Below the pieces are notes generated by a model that worked only from the letters and a program-made list of their open reading frames with translations, made no database searches and was not told the origin of the DNA. A DNA stretch of 64,000 nucleotides from contig JAYKJA010000008.1 of the NCBI GenBank assembly GCA_035285905.1, positions 30,728 to 94,727 of the forward strand, read 5' to 3'. The first letter of the stretch is position 1, and each line of letters begins with the position of its first letter. The DNA is from Synechococcaceae cyanobacterium. Its GTDB lineage: Bacteria > Cyanobacteriota > Cyanobacteriia > PCC-6307 > Cyanobiaceae. The position numbers were made by a program, and so were the translations under genes. This document shows, piece after piece, positions 62,920-64,000 of the stretch.

Positions 62920-63366
62920 TCAACGATTCAGCCGTTGCATCTGCCAGCTCACCAGCGCGCCCACAGGGCTCCCCAGCAGGTAAGGAACCAGCAGGAGGGC
63001 GGCTGTGGAGGCGCGGGGCAGCAGGGCGATGGCCAGGGCGATACCCCAGACCCAGCCGGCGAATCCGATGGCGGTGCCGTTGGCCAGGCGCCGGGTGCGG
63101 CAGATCAGCCAGGTGTAGCCCTGCACCAGCAGCAGCAGCAGGAGATAGGCCGCCATCAGCCGCGGGTCTGCGCTGGCAGTCCAGGCCAGCAGCGCCGAGG
63201 CGTAGAAGCAGGCATAGATGAGCAGCCAGATCAGCGGGATCCACCGCTCGAAGCCGAGCCAGGCCGGCCGCCGCAGGCGCATGAACCAGGCGAACTGCTG
63301 GCGTGAAGGGTTGAGCGACAGCGCCACCAGCACCATCACCAGCAGGATCACGACGGCGGCCAGCAT
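62920..63366 (-). CDS. tspO: TspO/MBR family tryptophan-rich sensory protein
   Basis: WF..L.RP.W, IW..IY, LLVPYL, ends RLN. Confidence 0.88.
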   Translation of the reverse strand: MLAAVVILLVMVLVALSLNPSRQQFAWFMRLRRPAWLGFERWIPLIWLLIYACFYASALLAWTASADPRLMAAYLLLLLLVQGYTWLICRTRRLANGTAIGFAGWVWGIALAIALLPRASTAALLLVPYLLGSPVGALVSWQMQRLNR

Positions 63367-63395
63367 GGCTGCTCCGGTTCTGCAGGCACCCTGGC

Positions 63396-64000
63396 ATGGA
63401 CCGCTCAGCCGGACCGGCACGGCGGGGGAGGGGCTGGCCCGTTGCAGGGGTCGGGAACGAATTCGAAGACCTGCTGGTGCTTGTCTCGGTGCTGGTGGGG
63501 GTGGCCCTGTCCGACCTGGCCATGAGCCTGCATCGCCTGCTCAGGGACCGTCACCGGGTGCGCTGGGACTGGCTCTCTCCGGCGGCGGCAGCCCTGGCGA
63601 CCCTGATGATCGTGCGCTTCTGGTGGAAGTTCTACCGCTTCGGTCAGGCGGAGATCTGGAGCCATTTCGGCCCGTTCCTCGTGCTGTTGCTGCAGCTGCT
63701 GCAGCTGGTGCTGCTGGCCTGCGCCGCCCTGCCCGATGAGGGTGGCGGACAGGATCTGCGCGAGTACTACCAGATCCAGGCCCGTTATTTCTGGTGGCTG
63801 TTCAGTTCCTATGCGCTGGGTGCTGTGGCCTTCAACTGGCTGTCCTCCGCAGCGGCGCCACTGCAGGTGCGGCTGTTCGATCTGGCCACGAATCTGCTGA
63901 TCGCCGCGGCATTCGCCGGGCTGGGCTGTCTGCGCCAACGCTGGATTCATGCCCTGGTGGTGCCGCTGGCCTGCCTCTTCTTCCTGGTGATGTTCCTGCC
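63396..64000 (+). CDS. multi-TM hypothetical membrane protein (runs off the window)
   Basis: Hand-read open frame FEDLLVLVSVLVGVALSDLAMSLHRLL..VRWDW..LPDE...DLREYY; start uncertain. Confidence 0.75.
   Translation, partial: MDRSAGPARRGRGWPVAGVGNEFEDLLVLVSVLVGVALSDLAMSLHRLLRDRHRVRWDWLSPAAAALATLMIVRFWWKFYRFGQAEIWSHFGPFLVLLLQLLQLVLLACAALPDEGGGQDLREYYQIQARYFWWLFSSYALGAVAFNWLSSAAAPLQVRLFDLATNLLIAAAFAGLGCLRQRWIHALVVPLACLFFLVMFL

Overview
Very GC-rich (roughly 70% by eye) chromosomal segment of a picocyanobacterium, most likely Cyanobium / Synechococcus subcluster 5.2-like (inferred from apcF, pcyA, psb28, GUN4, PAM68, SipA, short EF-Ts and an unsplit dnaE). It is mostly core genome: recG, tsf-rpsB, pcyA-devBCA, an M16 peptidase pair, bioY-lspA-FHA/PBP1A-GTPase, apcF/glnA, psb28, secDF, pdhB, ispE, rsmA, umuDC, dnaG, ruvA, rpsO, dnaE, gatA, rlmB, Mini-III, carA, trpD, msrA and tRNA-Pro(GGG), after which accessory-looking genes begin. 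No CRISPR array, rRNA, transposase or integrase was seen. Best leads: (1) a 78-aa His-rich, internally duplicated ORF convergent on glnA, in the position gifA holds in Anabaena, with an NtcA-like box in a repressing position that is 12/14 identical to a box upstream of glnA, i.e. a candidate non-canonical glutamine synthetase inactivator; (2) a long structured glnA 3' region that may yield an sRNA; (3) a 51-aa very basic ORF missed by the ORF track, a candidate ribosome-associated protein; (4) a umuD lacking the autocleavage arm, with separate LexA-like boxes for umuD and umuC; (5) a degenerate GAF-GGDEF protein that keeps its I-site; (6) a two-hairpin sRNA candidate near trpD. All calls come from motif recognition by eye with no database searches, and several start codons are uncertain.
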